The notes under the pieces are model-generated. The model was not told the origin of the DNA. It saw only the letters and a program-made list of their open reading frames with translations, and made no database searches. The position numbers and the translations under genes are program-made. From a virus, in IMG/VR virus record IMGVR_UViG_3300031455_000001, positions 91,346-155,345 of that record: DNA of 64,000 nt. One strand, given 5' to 3'. This document shows, in pieces, positions 38,312 to 48,475 of the stretch; position 1 is the first letter of the stretch; the number at the start of each line of letters is the position of its first letter.

Positions 38312-39793
38312 ATGACGCAAAAAGAGAAAAAAGAAAGACAGAGTATTATGAACTTTAATAAGCATGATTTTTCTAGAATTATAATCAATGATGTATTGAG
38401 TTATAAAGGTGGAAGAGCCTTTCTGAAAAAATACAAACAGAGCGAAGTTCGTGAAATAGTTGAAGGTTATAGATCAGAAGCGAACCAAGATAAACTGGTT
38501 GAAATATCTAGATTGCTGTACGCAAAAAGTCCACAATACAAGAGGTTAGTTAATTACTTTTCTGGAATGGCGTTATTTTCTCACATTCTGTCACCAATCA
38601 AAGACATCCAAAAAGTTAGATCTGATTTAGTGCTGAAACAGTATTCTGACATTGGAGAGCTAACAAGAATGATGAACCTCAGACACGAGATGACAAAAGT
38701 TCTTAAGGTTGCTTTCCGAGAGGATGTTTTTTACGGGTATATTTTTAAAGAAGAAAAATCTTTTTATATACAACCCATCAGCCCATCTATTTGTAAGATA
38801 ACTTCAATCGATGAAGTTTACAATTTTAGTATTGATATGACTTACTTCACTATAAGAGAGAAAGAATTAAAAGCTTACGCAAGTGAAATTAGTGATAAGT
38901 ATTTTCAATGGAAAACCAAGAAGAAACTAAATTCTCAAGTGAGTGATTGGGTTGAGCTTGATTCCAAAAATACTATCTGTATAAAGATTAATGAAGAAAC
39001 ATCAAATGTTTTCCCTCCATTTGCAGGATCATTTGATTCTATTTATGATGTTGAAGGATTTAAACAGCTAAGGAAAGATAAAGAAGAATTAGCTAACTAC
39101 ATGGTTATCACTCAGCACTTGCCAATAAGAGAAGATTCTGAAGATAACAATGATTTCTTAATTGACGAAGACATGATGACTTACTTCCATTCTCAAGCTG
39201 TTGATGCAGTTCCAGAGAATGTGGGTGTTATTACATCTCCTATGAAGGTTGAAGCTCTTAAATTTGAAAGAGACAAAGCAGACAGTGACGGAGTTCTAAG
39301 AGCAGAGCGAGATTTATGGAGTGGACTAGGCGTTTCACAATTACTATTTAATGCAGATAAAACAACTTCTGAAGGATTAAAAGCATCTATTAAAACAGAT
39401 GAGCAGATTGTCTTTAATGTTCTTAATCAAATTCAAAGATGGTTAAATCGTTATTTGAAATATCAGTTTAACGATCTATTTTTTAATGTGAGTATACTTC
39501 CTGTCACATATTTTAACAGACAAGAGATGTTTGATATGTACATAATGGCTGGTCAGTATGGAGTCCCTGTAAAGAGCGCCATTAGTGCTGTTGTCGGTTT
39601 AGACCCTATAGAAGTCATGAATATGGCTTATCTGGAGAATGACCTTCTGAAAATGCATGATGAATTTATACCTCTTCAAAGCTCCCATACTATGAGTGGA
39701 GACGATCCTAATTCTGAAAGTGGTAGACCTAAAAAAGATCCTTCAGAAGAAAGCGATGAAACTGCAAGAGGTCGAGACAAAGCCAATGCATAA
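38312..39793 (+). CDS. Portal protein
   Basis: Position after terL, size, and C-terminal PLQSSHT..GRP motif typical of SPbeta-like portals. Confidence 0.8.
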   Translation: MTQKEKKERQSIMNFNKHDFSRIIINDVLSYKGGRAFLKKYKQSEVREIVEGYRSEANQDKLVEISRLLYAKSPQYKRLVNYFSGMALFSHILSPIKDIQKVRSDLVLKQYSDIGELTRMMNLRHEMTKVLKVAFREDVFYGYIFKEEKSFYIQPISPSICKITSIDEVYNFSIDMTYFTIREKELKAYASEISDKYFQWKTKKKLNSQVSDWVELDSKNTICIKINEETSNVFPPFAGSFDSIYDVEGFKQLRKDKEELANYMVITQHLPIREDSEDNNDFLIDEDMMTYFHSQAVDAVPENVGVITSPMKVEALKFERDKADSDGVLRAERDLWSGLGVSQLLFNADKTTSEGLKASIKTDEQIVFNVLNQIQRWLNRYLKYQFNDLFFNVSILPVTYFNRQEMFDMYIMAGQYGVPVKSAISAVVGLDPIEVMNMAYLENDLLKMHDEFIPLQSSHTMSGDDPNSESGRPKKDPSEESDETARGRDKANA

Positions 39794-39832
39794 AATTAAA
39801 ACAAGAAACTTTGAAGGAGGTGAGAAAAGACA

Positions 39833-41131
39833 TTGAAGAAAAAATTAGTAGATTTTGCATCCAGCATTAGCGATGTAAAGGTGGTAAAAAACTCTCTTTT
39901 CTCCACCTGCAAAGTGAGGGTTATGTACACAGGTCGCAACAGAAACCTTTCAACCATTGAGAAAGATGCTGTTGAAAGAGCGCTCCCTTCATTGATCAAT
40001 ATTCCAATCGTAGGTGAGTTTTCTGTAGATAAAAATGATTTCAAAGGTCACGGTGGGACAATCGATGCTTCATCTTGGGATTTCATTCATACTACAAAAC
40101 CTTATGGTATTGTTCCAGAATCAGCTACTTTTGAATGGGAAATGATTGGTGGACGCGAGTATCTAACTGTTAACGATTGTTTATTGTGGACAGGTAGATA
40201 TCCAGAAGCCTATAGCATAATTGAAGAGTCAAAGAATCAATCTATGGAAATTGAAGTTACTGATGGTGAGTGGTTAGAGGATGAAGATTCTTATAAGATT
40301 AAAGATTTTATATTCTCATCATTGTGTATTTTAGGTGATGATGTCACTCCAGCATTTGAAGATGCTAAGATTTCAGCCTATTCTTTTGAAAATGAGACAT
40401 TCAACAAGGAGTTCTCGATCTTAAAGGAAGAAGTATTAACCTTAGAAAAAGATAAGGAGGTAGACAATGTGTTAAAAGAATTACTTGAAAAATATTCAAC
40501 TAGTGTTGAAGAGCTGACAGCTAAAGGGTTAGTGTTTAGCGAGATTTCAGAAAACGAACTAGAAGACAAGATTATTGAGGCTCTAGCAGTTAAAGAGGAA
40601 AAGTTTTCAGAAGAAGGTAATGAAGATGAAAACAAATCAGAAGAGACTGATAAAGTAGAAGATAATGAGTCAGAAGATAATAAAGTAGAAGAAGACAAGC
40701 CTGAAGAAGAAGATAAGGATGAAGAAGACACTCCTGATGATTCAGATGGTAAAGAAGACTCTGCGGGAAAAGATTCCGAAGAAGACAAGGCTGAAGACAA
40801 ATTCCAAGCTTTGCAAGATACAATTGACAAGCTTGAAGATGAGCTTAAAGATTTGCGTCAATTCAAGTCGGACAGCCTTAAATCTGTTCATGAAGATAAA
40901 GCTAAAGAATTGTTTAGCAATTTCCAATTAACAGAAGAAGATATTAAGGGTTTAGACATTCATTTATTCTCTATTGATGAGATTGAAGAGAAATGCTATG
41001 CAATCTTAGGTAAGAAGTTAGCAGTTAAAAAGAATTTCAGTAAAAATGATGAGAGTCAAAAAGGTATTAAACTGCCTATTATTGACGATAACCAAGAAGA
41101 AGATTCTAGATATGGAAGCTTACTAGGTTAA
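39833..41131 (+). CDS. Prohead protease-scaffold fusion
   Basis: GRNRN, QSMEI, LCILG..V.PAF protease motifs; acidic coiled-coil C-terminal half. Confidence 0.75.
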   Translation: MKKKLVDFASSISDVKVVKNSLFSTCKVRVMYTGRNRNLSTIEKDAVERALPSLINIPIVGEFSVDKNDFKGHGGTIDASSWDFIHTTKPYGIVPESATFEWEMIGGREYLTVNDCLLWTGRYPEAYSIIEESKNQSMEIEVTDGEWLEDEDSYKIKDFIFSSLCILGDDVTPAFEDAKISAYSFENETFNKEFSILKEEVLTLEKDKEVDNVLKELLEKYSTSVEELTAKGLVFSEISENELEDKIIEALAVKEEKFSEEGNEDENKSEETDKVEDNESEDNKVEEDKPEEEDKDEEDTPDDSDGKEDSAGKDSEEDKAEDKFQALQDTIDKLEDELKDLRQFKSDSLKSVHEDKAKELFSNFQLTEEDIKGLDIHLFSIDEIEEKCYAILGKKLAVKKNFSKNDESQKGIKLPIIDDNQEEDSRYGSLLG

Positions 41132-41164
41132 TAAATAAAACTATTTATAGGAGGAAAAAAAATA

Positions 41165-41701
41165 ATGGCTATCGTAAGAAAAGATAAACTCAACTCTGGT
41201 TATCATGGTGTTTTAGAATCTGTAAAGATTTTTAACAATGCTGGTAACAACAAAGTTCAGTCAACTAATGGTGTTTTTGTAGTGTTAGAAGGTTTACTAG
41301 AAGGTCGTGAGTGTAAAAAAGCTCGTCTTGCTTCTGAAGCAGATGCAGATAAGACAATTTTATTCATTCACAATTCAGAGTATATGTACGATGAAAGAGA
41401 TCACAAACTTAAAGACTTCCGTATTGAAGCTGACAAAGTCGCTCGTGCCTACCGTCTTGAAGATGGAGATGTTCTTACATTAACAAACGATCTATTTGCA
41501 GGAGCTACTAAAGATTCAAACAGCGAAAATTATTCAGTTGATTTCGAAGTTGGAGATGTTCTTGTAGTTAAATCAAATGGAAAACTTGGTAAGGTTGATG
41601 ACGCTTCAGACGCTAAATTCAAGTTTACAGTTATCGAAAATTCTGGTTATGAGCTTGATCCAGAAATGGAAGCACATGCAGTAGAAATCTCAGTCAACTA
41701 A
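41165..41701 (+). CDS. Capsid decoration/cement protein (putative)
   Basis: Lies between scaffold and major capsid genes; strong RBS; high-expression codon usage. Confidence 0.55.
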   Translation: MAIVRKDKLNSGYHGVLESVKIFNNAGNNKVQSTNGVFVVLEGLLEGRECKKARLASEADADKTILFIHNSEYMYDERDHKLKDFRIEADKVARAYRLEDGDVLTLTNDLFAGATKDSNSENYSVDFEVGDVLVVKSNGKLGKVDDASDAKFKFTVIENSGYELDPEMEAHAVEISVN

Positions 41702-41750
41702 TACAATTGCAAAAAATAATTATATATAATAATCAAGGAGGAAAAAATAA

Positions 41751-42764
41751 ATGTCAAAATACATTGTTAATTTAGCTAAAGATTTAGCTAAAGGTGAAAA
41801 TATTGTCAGTGGCACTAGAACATTCTCTGCTCTAGAAAGCAACGAAAAACTTCGCAAAGCTTTTGCTGACCTAATGGAGTTCTCTACAGATGGAGACGCT
41901 AAAGAGGCTCGTAAGTTGTTCCGCCGTCACAAAACTGAAATCTTCGAAATCATTGAGGAAATCATTGATGAAACTCTTAACGAAGGTCTTAAAGATCAAT
42001 TTGAAGGATTTGCAGAATATCGTAATCTAGCTTGGGGAGATAAAAACCTATTTGTAACTCCAGGAAATCAGATTTTCCGTGTTGCACTAGTTTCAGATGG
42101 TAACGGGAACATCCGCAGACAGCGCTTACGTGACGGTCAAGAGTTCTCAGTAGATCTTGATACATACGCTATCAAAATCGGTGAAGACTTCCATCGTTTC
42201 CTAACAGGTCGTGTACAATGGGCTGATCTTATGAATGGAATCGCTGTTGCGTTCCAACGTGACTTGACTCAACGTATTCATGATGCAGTAATGGATTCTT
42301 ATGGTCGCTATCATGCACCTTACCACCGCACAGGTACTCTTAATGAAGATCAATTAGTGGAGCTTGCAATGCATATCGAAGCTCGTACAGGTGAAACTGT
42401 TGCTGTTTACGGTACTAAGTTGGCGCTTCGTAAGCTTGCTCCGTCAGCAGGAATGCTTACTGATGAAATGAGAAATTACCGTAACCGTGTTGGTTATTAT
42501 GGTGAAATTTCTGGAATCGAACTTCGTGAAATCAAGCAATCTCATAAATACGGTTCAGATGATTTCGCTATCGATAACAATATGATTCTTGTCCTTCCAC
42601 AGACTGCCGATAAAATGGTTAAAGTCATCAGTGAAGGTAATGCAGTTATTCAAGATCAATCAGCTGGTCAATCGGCTGACATGATGCAAGAATATTTCAT
42701 TGCTAACCGCTTTGGTATTTCTGTTATTACTACGAAGGTTTTCGGCTTCATTAAATTAACTTAA
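41751..42764 (+). CDS. Major capsid protein
   Basis: Size, synteny, strong RBS, high-expression codon usage. Confidence 0.8.
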   Translation: MSKYIVNLAKDLAKGENIVSGTRTFSALESNEKLRKAFADLMEFSTDGDAKEARKLFRRHKTEIFEIIEEIIDETLNEGLKDQFEGFAEYRNLAWGDKNLFVTPGNQIFRVALVSDGNGNIRRQRLRDGQEFSVDLDTYAIKIGEDFHRFLTGRVQWADLMNGIAVAFQRDLTQRIHDAVMDSYGRYHAPYHRTGTLNEDQLVELAMHIEARTGETVAVYGTKLALRKLAPSAGMLTDEMRNYRNRVGYYGEISGIELREIKQSHKYGSDDFAIDNNMILVLPQTADKMVKVISEGNAVIQDQSAGQSADMMQEYFIANRFGISVITTKVFGFIKLT

Positions 42765-42829
42765 TTAAAATTTGGAGAGGCATATGTCTCTCCAAATAAA
42801 TTAAATAGAGATAAAAGGGGAAATAAATA

Positions 42830-43495
42830 ATGAACAAACAAGATTTAATTAAAACTCTAGTCAATGATTATGGTTATGAAAGAGAAGATATTAAAATCTT
42901 TACCAATGCAAAACTTGCAGGTCTTATAAAACAAGAGAAGCTTGACGCTGAAGAGATGGAGAATGATGAAGTTCGTATTTCGGCTCCTAAAAAATCATTA
43001 AATGACAATGACAAAGTAGTTGTTATGAACGGTCTTACAGGCATTTTATTCTATCACTCTGAAAGAACAAATAAATCTTGGACTTTTCAAGAGTTTGGTG
43101 AAAAAGATTCAATTGAATATTCTGAATTAATCGTCATGAAAAACAAACATCCAAAGTATTTTACCGATGGCTTATTGATAGTCTTAGACAAAGAAGTTCA
43201 AGAAGAATTTAAACTTACTGAAATGTATAAGAATATTCTGACTCCAGAAAATGTAGATGAAGTATTCAATATGGATGTTGAGGATTTGGAGAAATTTATA
43301 GATGCATTGCCAGATGGAATGAAAACATCTTTTGTAAATATTGCAATGAAGAAATATGAAGATAAAGAAATCGACAAATTTAGCGTTATTAGCTTCATTC
43401 AAGAAAAATTCAACTTTGACTTTGAAGATAATGCGCCTCGTGAGAATTTAGTATCCACAAGAAAGAAAACTAATGGAGTAATCTATATTGATTAA
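42830..43495 (+). CDS. Conserved virion morphogenesis protein
   Basis: Synteny after the major capsid gene. Confidence 0.55.
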   Translation: MNKQDLIKTLVNDYGYEREDIKIFTNAKLAGLIKQEKLDAEEMENDEVRISAPKKSLNDNDKVVVMNGLTGILFYHSERTNKSWTFQEFGEKDSIEYSELIVMKNKHPKYFTDGLLIVLDKEVQEEFKLTEMYKNILTPENVDEVFNMDVEDLEKFIDALPDGMKTSFVNIAMKKYEDKEIDKFSVISFIQEKFNFDFEDNAPRENLVSTRKKTNGVIYID

Positions 43496-43511
43496 AAAGG
43501 AATGATACAAA

Positions 43512-43955
43512 ATGGAAGAAATTACACATATTTCTGAAATCTATGATAATTTCCTATCTAAAATATCAGATTATAGCTTATTAGATGAATCTCTTACGGC
43601 TACTGAAATAGATGAGGAATTATTTAGCTATTTCAAATCTGCTCGTAATAAGTTTCACAAGTGCAAAACAGATTTGAAAACTGTAGTGGATGATTTTACG
43701 GGTGAACATTCTTTTACAGTAGAACTGCATCCTTATGAAATAGAAATCTTAACAACTCTAATGTTAGTTGAATACATAAGCCCTAATTTAATATCTAGTG
43801 AAACTATTAGACAGACCTTAAGTGATAAAGACTTTAGGATTTATTCACAAGCTAATCAACTAAGAGAGTTGAGGCTTCTGAAGAAAGATTTAAAGTCAGA
43901 GGCAAATAAAATGATTACAAAATATACGTTTTTTGATTTGGGGAAAAATAAATGA
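43512..43955 (+). CDS. Head-tail adaptor (putative)
   Basis: Helical protein; synteny. Confidence 0.5.
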   Translation: MEEITHISEIYDNFLSKISDYSLLDESLTATEIDEELFSYFKSARNKFHKCKTDLKTVVDDFTGEHSFTVELHPYEIEILTTLMLVEYISPNLISSETIRQTLSDKDFRIYSQANQLRELRLLKKDLKSEANKMITKYTFFDLGKNK

Positions 43956-44269
43956 TTAAAGATAAAAAGAAGTTAATTGCCTATTTGGACTCAACTGTAA
44001 GCAGTGTATTCAAAATCTTACCTCTTTATGAAGAAGTCAACATAGGTATAGAAGTTTATGTAGAGTCTCTGTTGTTTGAATTATACGGACTTGAAGAATC
44101 AGTAGAGATAGAACACAGTCCAGAGTACGTTTCTCTGATCAACACATTAGAATCAATCAAAAGAGAAGTAGGTAATGAGGAAAGTAAAAAATCAGTCGTC
44201 AAAAGAGAAGTCTTTAAATGTATCAATATAATCAAACACATGGTTGACAAGCTCAAAGAGGGCGAGTAA
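43952..44269 (+). CDS. Conserved phage protein (FKILPLYEE motif)
   Basis: Synteny; coupled ORF. Confidence 0.55.
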   Translation: MIKDKKKLIAYLDSTVSSVFKILPLYEEVNIGIEVYVESLLFELYGLEESVEIEHSPEYVSLINTLESIKREVGNEESKKSVVKREVFKCINIIKHMVDKLKEGE

Positions 44270-44271
44270 TT

Positions 44272-45015
44272 GTGAATCATATTGATAAATATAAGAGAAG
44301 ACTGAGTCGTAATGGCGATGATGTTGGAGAGGTTTACTCTAACAATACTATAGCCTTTATGGAAAATACATTTCATGTGTCTCCTACTTTTAGAGTATTA
44401 GAGGTTTTAAGCTCAGAGCTTCCATCCTTAAAACAGATAGATTCAAGAGTTGTAGAAGTTGAAAGAATGGGTAATCTTAGAGAGGTTCTTTTTAGACCAA
44501 ATCAAGGCTTACCACTAGGATCGTACGTAAAGTTCGATAGCGAAACTTGGCTAGTATTTGATGAATGGGGAAGCGCTCAATCTACGAAAGTTAAAGTCAT
44601 GGTTCAAAAATGCAATCGATCAATCAGGTGGAAAGATCCATTGGGAAATATCATAGAATATGATTGCATAGCATCTGCGACAGCTTTAGGCTCAAAGTCT
44701 AATCAGGGCAAACCAGATATAGAATGGAATAAATATGATGTGAGATTGCCTTTAGGTCAATTATTCGTCTTTGTTGAAGCTAATCAAATCACTAGAAACA
44801 TCAATATGAATCAGAGATTTATCTTTGGTCAAAGTGTTTATGAAGTATTTGGAATAGATGATGTAACAATGATTAATCGAGATGGTTTTGGAGTAATTCA
44901 ATTGACTATCAAATTAACAACGAAACAAGATGGTGACGACTTTTCAGAACGTATTGCAGTTTATAATCACAAAATATCTGAAGGTGATGCTCAAAAAGGA
45001 GGTCGTGTTTGGTAA
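44272..45015 (+). CDS. Head closure / neck protein (putative)
   Basis: Beta-rich protein; synteny. Confidence 0.5.
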   Translation: MNHIDKYKRRLSRNGDDVGEVYSNNTIAFMENTFHVSPTFRVLEVLSSELPSLKQIDSRVVEVERMGNLREVLFRPNQGLPLGSYVKFDSETWLVFDEWGSAQSTKVKVMVQKCNRSIRWKDPLGNIIEYDCIASATALGSKSNQGKPDIEWNKYDVRLPLGQLFVFVEANQITRNINMNQRFIFGQSVYEVFGIDDVTMINRDGFGVIQLTIKLTTKQDGDDFSERIAVYNHKISEGDAQKGGRVW

Positions 45016-45536
45016 TGAAACTACAATCAATGTCCACAACGATAGTTGCAGTATTGAAACAATTGGCTAAAAACCAAGGGTTGGCAAGACTGTTAGTGAA
45101 TGACATTAGTGATCCTTATAGTCTGCCAGTAAATGAAGAAGTAATGGATGCACTAATTGATCCAAGTTCTCAATTCGCAAGAATATTCCCTTACTCTTTT
45201 GATGCAGAAGCGACCACAAAAGATGGATCTTTTATCAGAGTATATTATAACGATGGAAGATTTAACTCTAATGAGACAATCGCTCAGTCAGATTTACATA
45301 TAGATATTGTAGTTGCTCGTAGTTTATGGCTAGTTTCTGATAAAAGTAAAGACAGGTCTTATGTAAGACCCTATGAAATTGCAGGATTAGTAGTTGATAA
45401 CTTAGGAAGAAATAGTATAGGGTCTTCAGTAAAGTTGAAATTTGACGGATACCAACATATCTATGTTAATACTAAATTCGATGCGATCAGATTGTACGCA
45501 AACTATATGTCGATTGAAACATCCAAGGAAATGTGA
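45009..45536 (+). CDS. Tail terminator (putative)
   Basis: Synteny upstream of the tail tube gene. Confidence 0.5.
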   Translation: MVMKLQSMSTTIVAVLKQLAKNQGLARLLVNDISDPYSLPVNEEVMDALIDPSSQFARIFPYSFDAEATTKDGSFIRVYYNDGRFNSNETIAQSDLHIDIVVARSLWLVSDKSKDRSYVRPYEIAGLVVDNLGRNSIGSSVKLKFDGYQHIYVNTKFDAIRLYANYMSIETSKEM

Positions 45537-45545
45537 TGATTATAA

Positions 45546-46418
45546 ATGGAGTACAAGGAGATAAACCCAATAGATTTAAAACTACTGCTTCTTAGTGGTA
45601 GCCCCATAAAATTAGGTAGCTTAGAAATTGCTCCATATAGACTTGAGGAAATTAAGGATTATGGCTATTCAAAGTATATGGAGAATATTCAATATATCTC
45701 TATAACAATTGATAACTTTATAGAATCTTTTGAAGATGAGAATAAGAGAAATTATCTAACAGAGATTAAAGCTAGTTTGAAAACCTTTGATTTTTATGTG
45801 AAGTTTGCAGGACAAGAGTTTACAGAAGCTTTGATGAACGCTTTGGCAATGATATTTAAAACAGATGACATACACCTTCTCGATGACACAGTAGCGATTG
45901 GTTTTATAGAAAATGGTCTTCTAACAGAGGGTGAGGATGGCAAATTAGCTATCGATCTAGAAATCTTAGAACTCTTAAGTGATGACGAAATAAGAAACCT
46001 GAAGTTTGTGACTAAAGAGAATTTTGATGATCTTGTAGACATAGTCAAGATGCAGAATTACTTGGTGAAAACGTCCTCGAAAATTGAGCCAGAACGTAAG
46101 TTCGAAAGTGAAGAAACTAGATTGCTCTGGGAGCAAATGCAAAGAAATCAGGCGATTATTGAAGCTAAGAAGATGGCTCAGAGAAAAGCAGAGAAAGGCG
46201 ATTCAGATGATACAGATATATCAGATATCGTCAGCGCTGTTAGCTCAAAGAGTAATTCTATCAACAAGTTGAATATATGGCAATTTACTATTTATCAAAT
46301 ATATGACGAGTATGCTCGATTAGAGCTAATCGACAATTATGATTTCAGCATTAAAGCTATGATGGCTGGCGCTGACATTAAAGAAAATCTTAAGCATTGG
46401 TCTAGCAGATTTGAATAA
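45546..46418 (+). CDS. Tail assembly-related protein
   Basis: IWQFTIYQIYD...AMMAGA...KHW C-terminus; synteny. Confidence 0.45.
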   Translation: MEYKEINPIDLKLLLLSGSPIKLGSLEIAPYRLEEIKDYGYSKYMENIQYISITIDNFIESFEDENKRNYLTEIKASLKTFDFYVKFAGQEFTEALMNALAMIFKTDDIHLLDDTVAIGFIENGLLTEGEDGKLAIDLEILELLSDDEIRNLKFVTKENFDDLVDIVKMQNYLVKTSSKIEPERKFESEETRLLWEQMQRNQAIIEAKKMAQRKAEKGDSDDTDISDIVSAVSSKSNSINKLNIWQFTIYQIYDEYARLELIDNYDFSIKAMMAGADIKENLKHWSSRFE

Positions 46419-46465
46419 ATCTGTTTTGATTATATAAAAAAATAAATTAATGGAGGAATTACATA

Positions 46466-47224
46466 ATGTCAAATTTACGTTATGGCTTAAAAGAAGTTGC
46501 TAATGTTATCTTCTTCGATATTAGCACAAACAAACCTGCAATCTTTTTTGATACATTAAAAGTATCAACAATCGAGAATGAGTCAGAATCAGCAGAGGCT
46601 CGTGGAGGTCAAGGAAATGGTAAGCTAATGGCTTGGGATTTCGCACGTGGAGCAACATTGACAATGTCAGACGCTCTTCTTTCAGATAACTCTCTAGCAA
46701 TGCTTGCTGGTACACAGAAGAAAACTGCTGACGTTCGCGTTGTAGGTCGTGAAGCTTTAACAGCTACTGGTACAACTACTGTTAAGGTTACACTTAAAGA
46801 GACGCCAATCGAAGGAACAGTTACTGTCTATAAGATGCAAAGTGGAATCATGACTGATGAAGTAACTACTTTCACAGTAGGTACAGCAGGTCCATCATCT
46901 AAAGAAATTACTTTGACAACAGGCGTAACAGCAGGTCAAAGAGTCGTAGTATTCTATGAGTATGTAGTAGCTACAGGCGCTTCACAAGTTACATTCAATG
47001 CTAACAACTTCCCTGCTACATATCGTGTGGTTGGAGATACTATTATCCGTGGAGAAGATGGAGTGGATCGTAAGATGCAATTTGTTATTCCAAAAGCAAA
47101 ACTTCAATCTTCATTCTCATTAACAATGGATGCAGAAAACGTTTCTACATTCGACTTCAACTTAGAGGTTCTAGTAGAAGCTGGTACAGGTAAGCTTTAT
47201 GACGTTATTCGTCTAGATAGCTAA
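46466..47224 (+). CDS. Major tail tube protein
   Basis: YGLKEV...ARGGQGN...DALLS; Thr-rich Ig-like insertion; strong RBS; terminator downstream. Confidence 0.8.
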   Translation: MSNLRYGLKEVANVIFFDISTNKPAIFFDTLKVSTIENESESAEARGGQGNGKLMAWDFARGATLTMSDALLSDNSLAMLAGTQKKTADVRVVGREALTATGTTTVKVTLKETPIEGTVTVYKMQSGIMTDEVTTFTVGTAGPSSKEITLTTGVTAGQRVVVFYEYVVATGASQVTFNANNFPATYRVVGDTIIRGEDGVDRKMQFVIPKAKLQSSFSLTMDAENVSTFDFNLEVLVEAGTGKLYDVIRLDS

Positions 47225-47252
47225 TCTTACAAAAACAAAAAATAATTATATA

Positions 47253-47293
47253 ATAGGGGTAGAGAACATAACAGTTTTCTACCCCTATTTTTT
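47253..47293 (+). terminator. Intrinsic terminator
   Basis: ATAGGGGTAGAGAAC/GTTTTCTACCCCTAT followed by a T run. Confidence 0.75.
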
Positions 47294-47361
47294 GTGTTTT
47301 AAGACAGAGATAATATTGGCATTTTATCAAATAAATAATTAGAAAATAAGGGGTTTTTACA

Positions 47362-47919
47362 GTGACTAAGGAAAATATTAACAGCAATACAAACAATGTT
47401 AAAAAATTAACCAAGAACGCATTGGTTAAAGAGAATAAAAAATTAGATAAAGTAGACGATTTTTATGTCACTATCAATGATGAAAGCTACCAAGTTACTT
47501 ATGACACATTCTTCCGAAAAACTAAACAGCATGAACTATTAGATGATCTGATTAAGTTTTTCAATGCAGGTGAGAACCGTATTGAATTGTTTGATCTAGC
47601 TACTCCATATACTGCACTTCTTATCATCAAGCATTTTACAAGTCTTGATGTATCTGACGATATTGATGAAGCATTAGAACTACTTCAAGTTTTAATTGAT
47701 CTTAATGTTTTGGATGTTATTATCAACGGTCTTCCAGAAGAGGAAGTAGTAGCAGTTTACGAGCTTCTTAGCAATATGGTTTCTAATCTTGAAAAGAATC
47801 TTGATGAAGCTGAAAGACAGGCAGAAGAGTTGTCAGAGAAAGTAGAAAACGATGAAATCAAAACTTATTTAGAAGTCAAAACAAACAATCATACAGAAGT
47901 TGATGAGGATGGCGAGTAA
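47362..47919 (+). CDS. Tail assembly chaperone (putative)
   Basis: Acidic helical protein after the tail tube gene. Confidence 0.5.
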   Translation: MTKENINSNTNNVKKLTKNALVKENKKLDKVDDFYVTINDESYQVTYDTFFRKTKQHELLDDLIKFFNAGENRIELFDLATPYTALLIIKHFTSLDVSDDIDEALELLQVLIDLNVLDVIINGLPEEEVVAVYELLSNMVSNLEKNLDEAERQAEELSEKVENDEIKTYLEVKTNNHTEVDEDGE

Positions 47920-48460
47920 GCCTACAGGCAGAAATATAACTGGAATTGGATTCTTTGAATCTGAAGTGCAGGCAAGAGCCACCCTGATGCGAGAAGGTGT
48001 GAAGTTAGAAAAGATTGCTAAAAGAGTTTGGAGCGTATATATGAACAGTTACACACCTGTGGAATATGTTAGAACTGGAAATTCTGCAAAGTCATTACTT
48101 CTAGGGAAGCCTAAATACATTGGTGTGGACAGTTTTGGAAATACCGAGTATGGCATTGAACTTACTTGGCGAAACGATCTTGTTTATCATGATTCTTGGA
48201 TATACAAGAAAGGCAAGACATCTGTAAATAGGAAAGGTCACTCAGTCATGCTAATTGGAACTAAGTGGCACGCTCCTAAATTAGAGAAGATATATCGCGC
48301 TGAAGACAGAGGGGTCTACAGACATACCCGATGGGAATGGGAAGGCGCTAATGGAACCAGCCATGACACTTACATTGATGCAGTTATGAATGAATATTCT
48401 AAGATCTCTGATCGTAGAATGTCATTAGAATTGCAGTGGAGTGAGGAGTACGTAAAGTAA
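47900..48460 (+). CDS. Neck / tail completion protein (putative)
   Basis: YTPVEYVRTG motif; synteny. Confidence 0.45.
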   Translation: MMRMASKPTGRNITGIGFFESEVQARATLMREGVKLEKIAKRVWSVYMNSYTPVEYVRTGNSAKSLLLGKPKYIGVDSFGNTEYGIELTWRNDLVYHDSWIYKKGKTSVNRKGHSVMLIGTKWHAPKLEKIYRAEDRGVYRHTRWEWEGANGTSHDTYIDAVMNEYSKISDRRMSLELQWSEEYVK

Positions 48461-48475
48461 GAAGTAGGTGAAAAA

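Noticed and set aside
40378-40931. Ser-rich antisense and alternative-frame ORFs (and similar shadow ORFs across the structural genes)
   Set aside because: Shadows of acidic or codon-biased sense genes
47362-48460. Tail chaperone programmed frameshift
   Set aside because: No clear slippery heptamer at the ORF overlap, and the downstream ORF has its own plausible start
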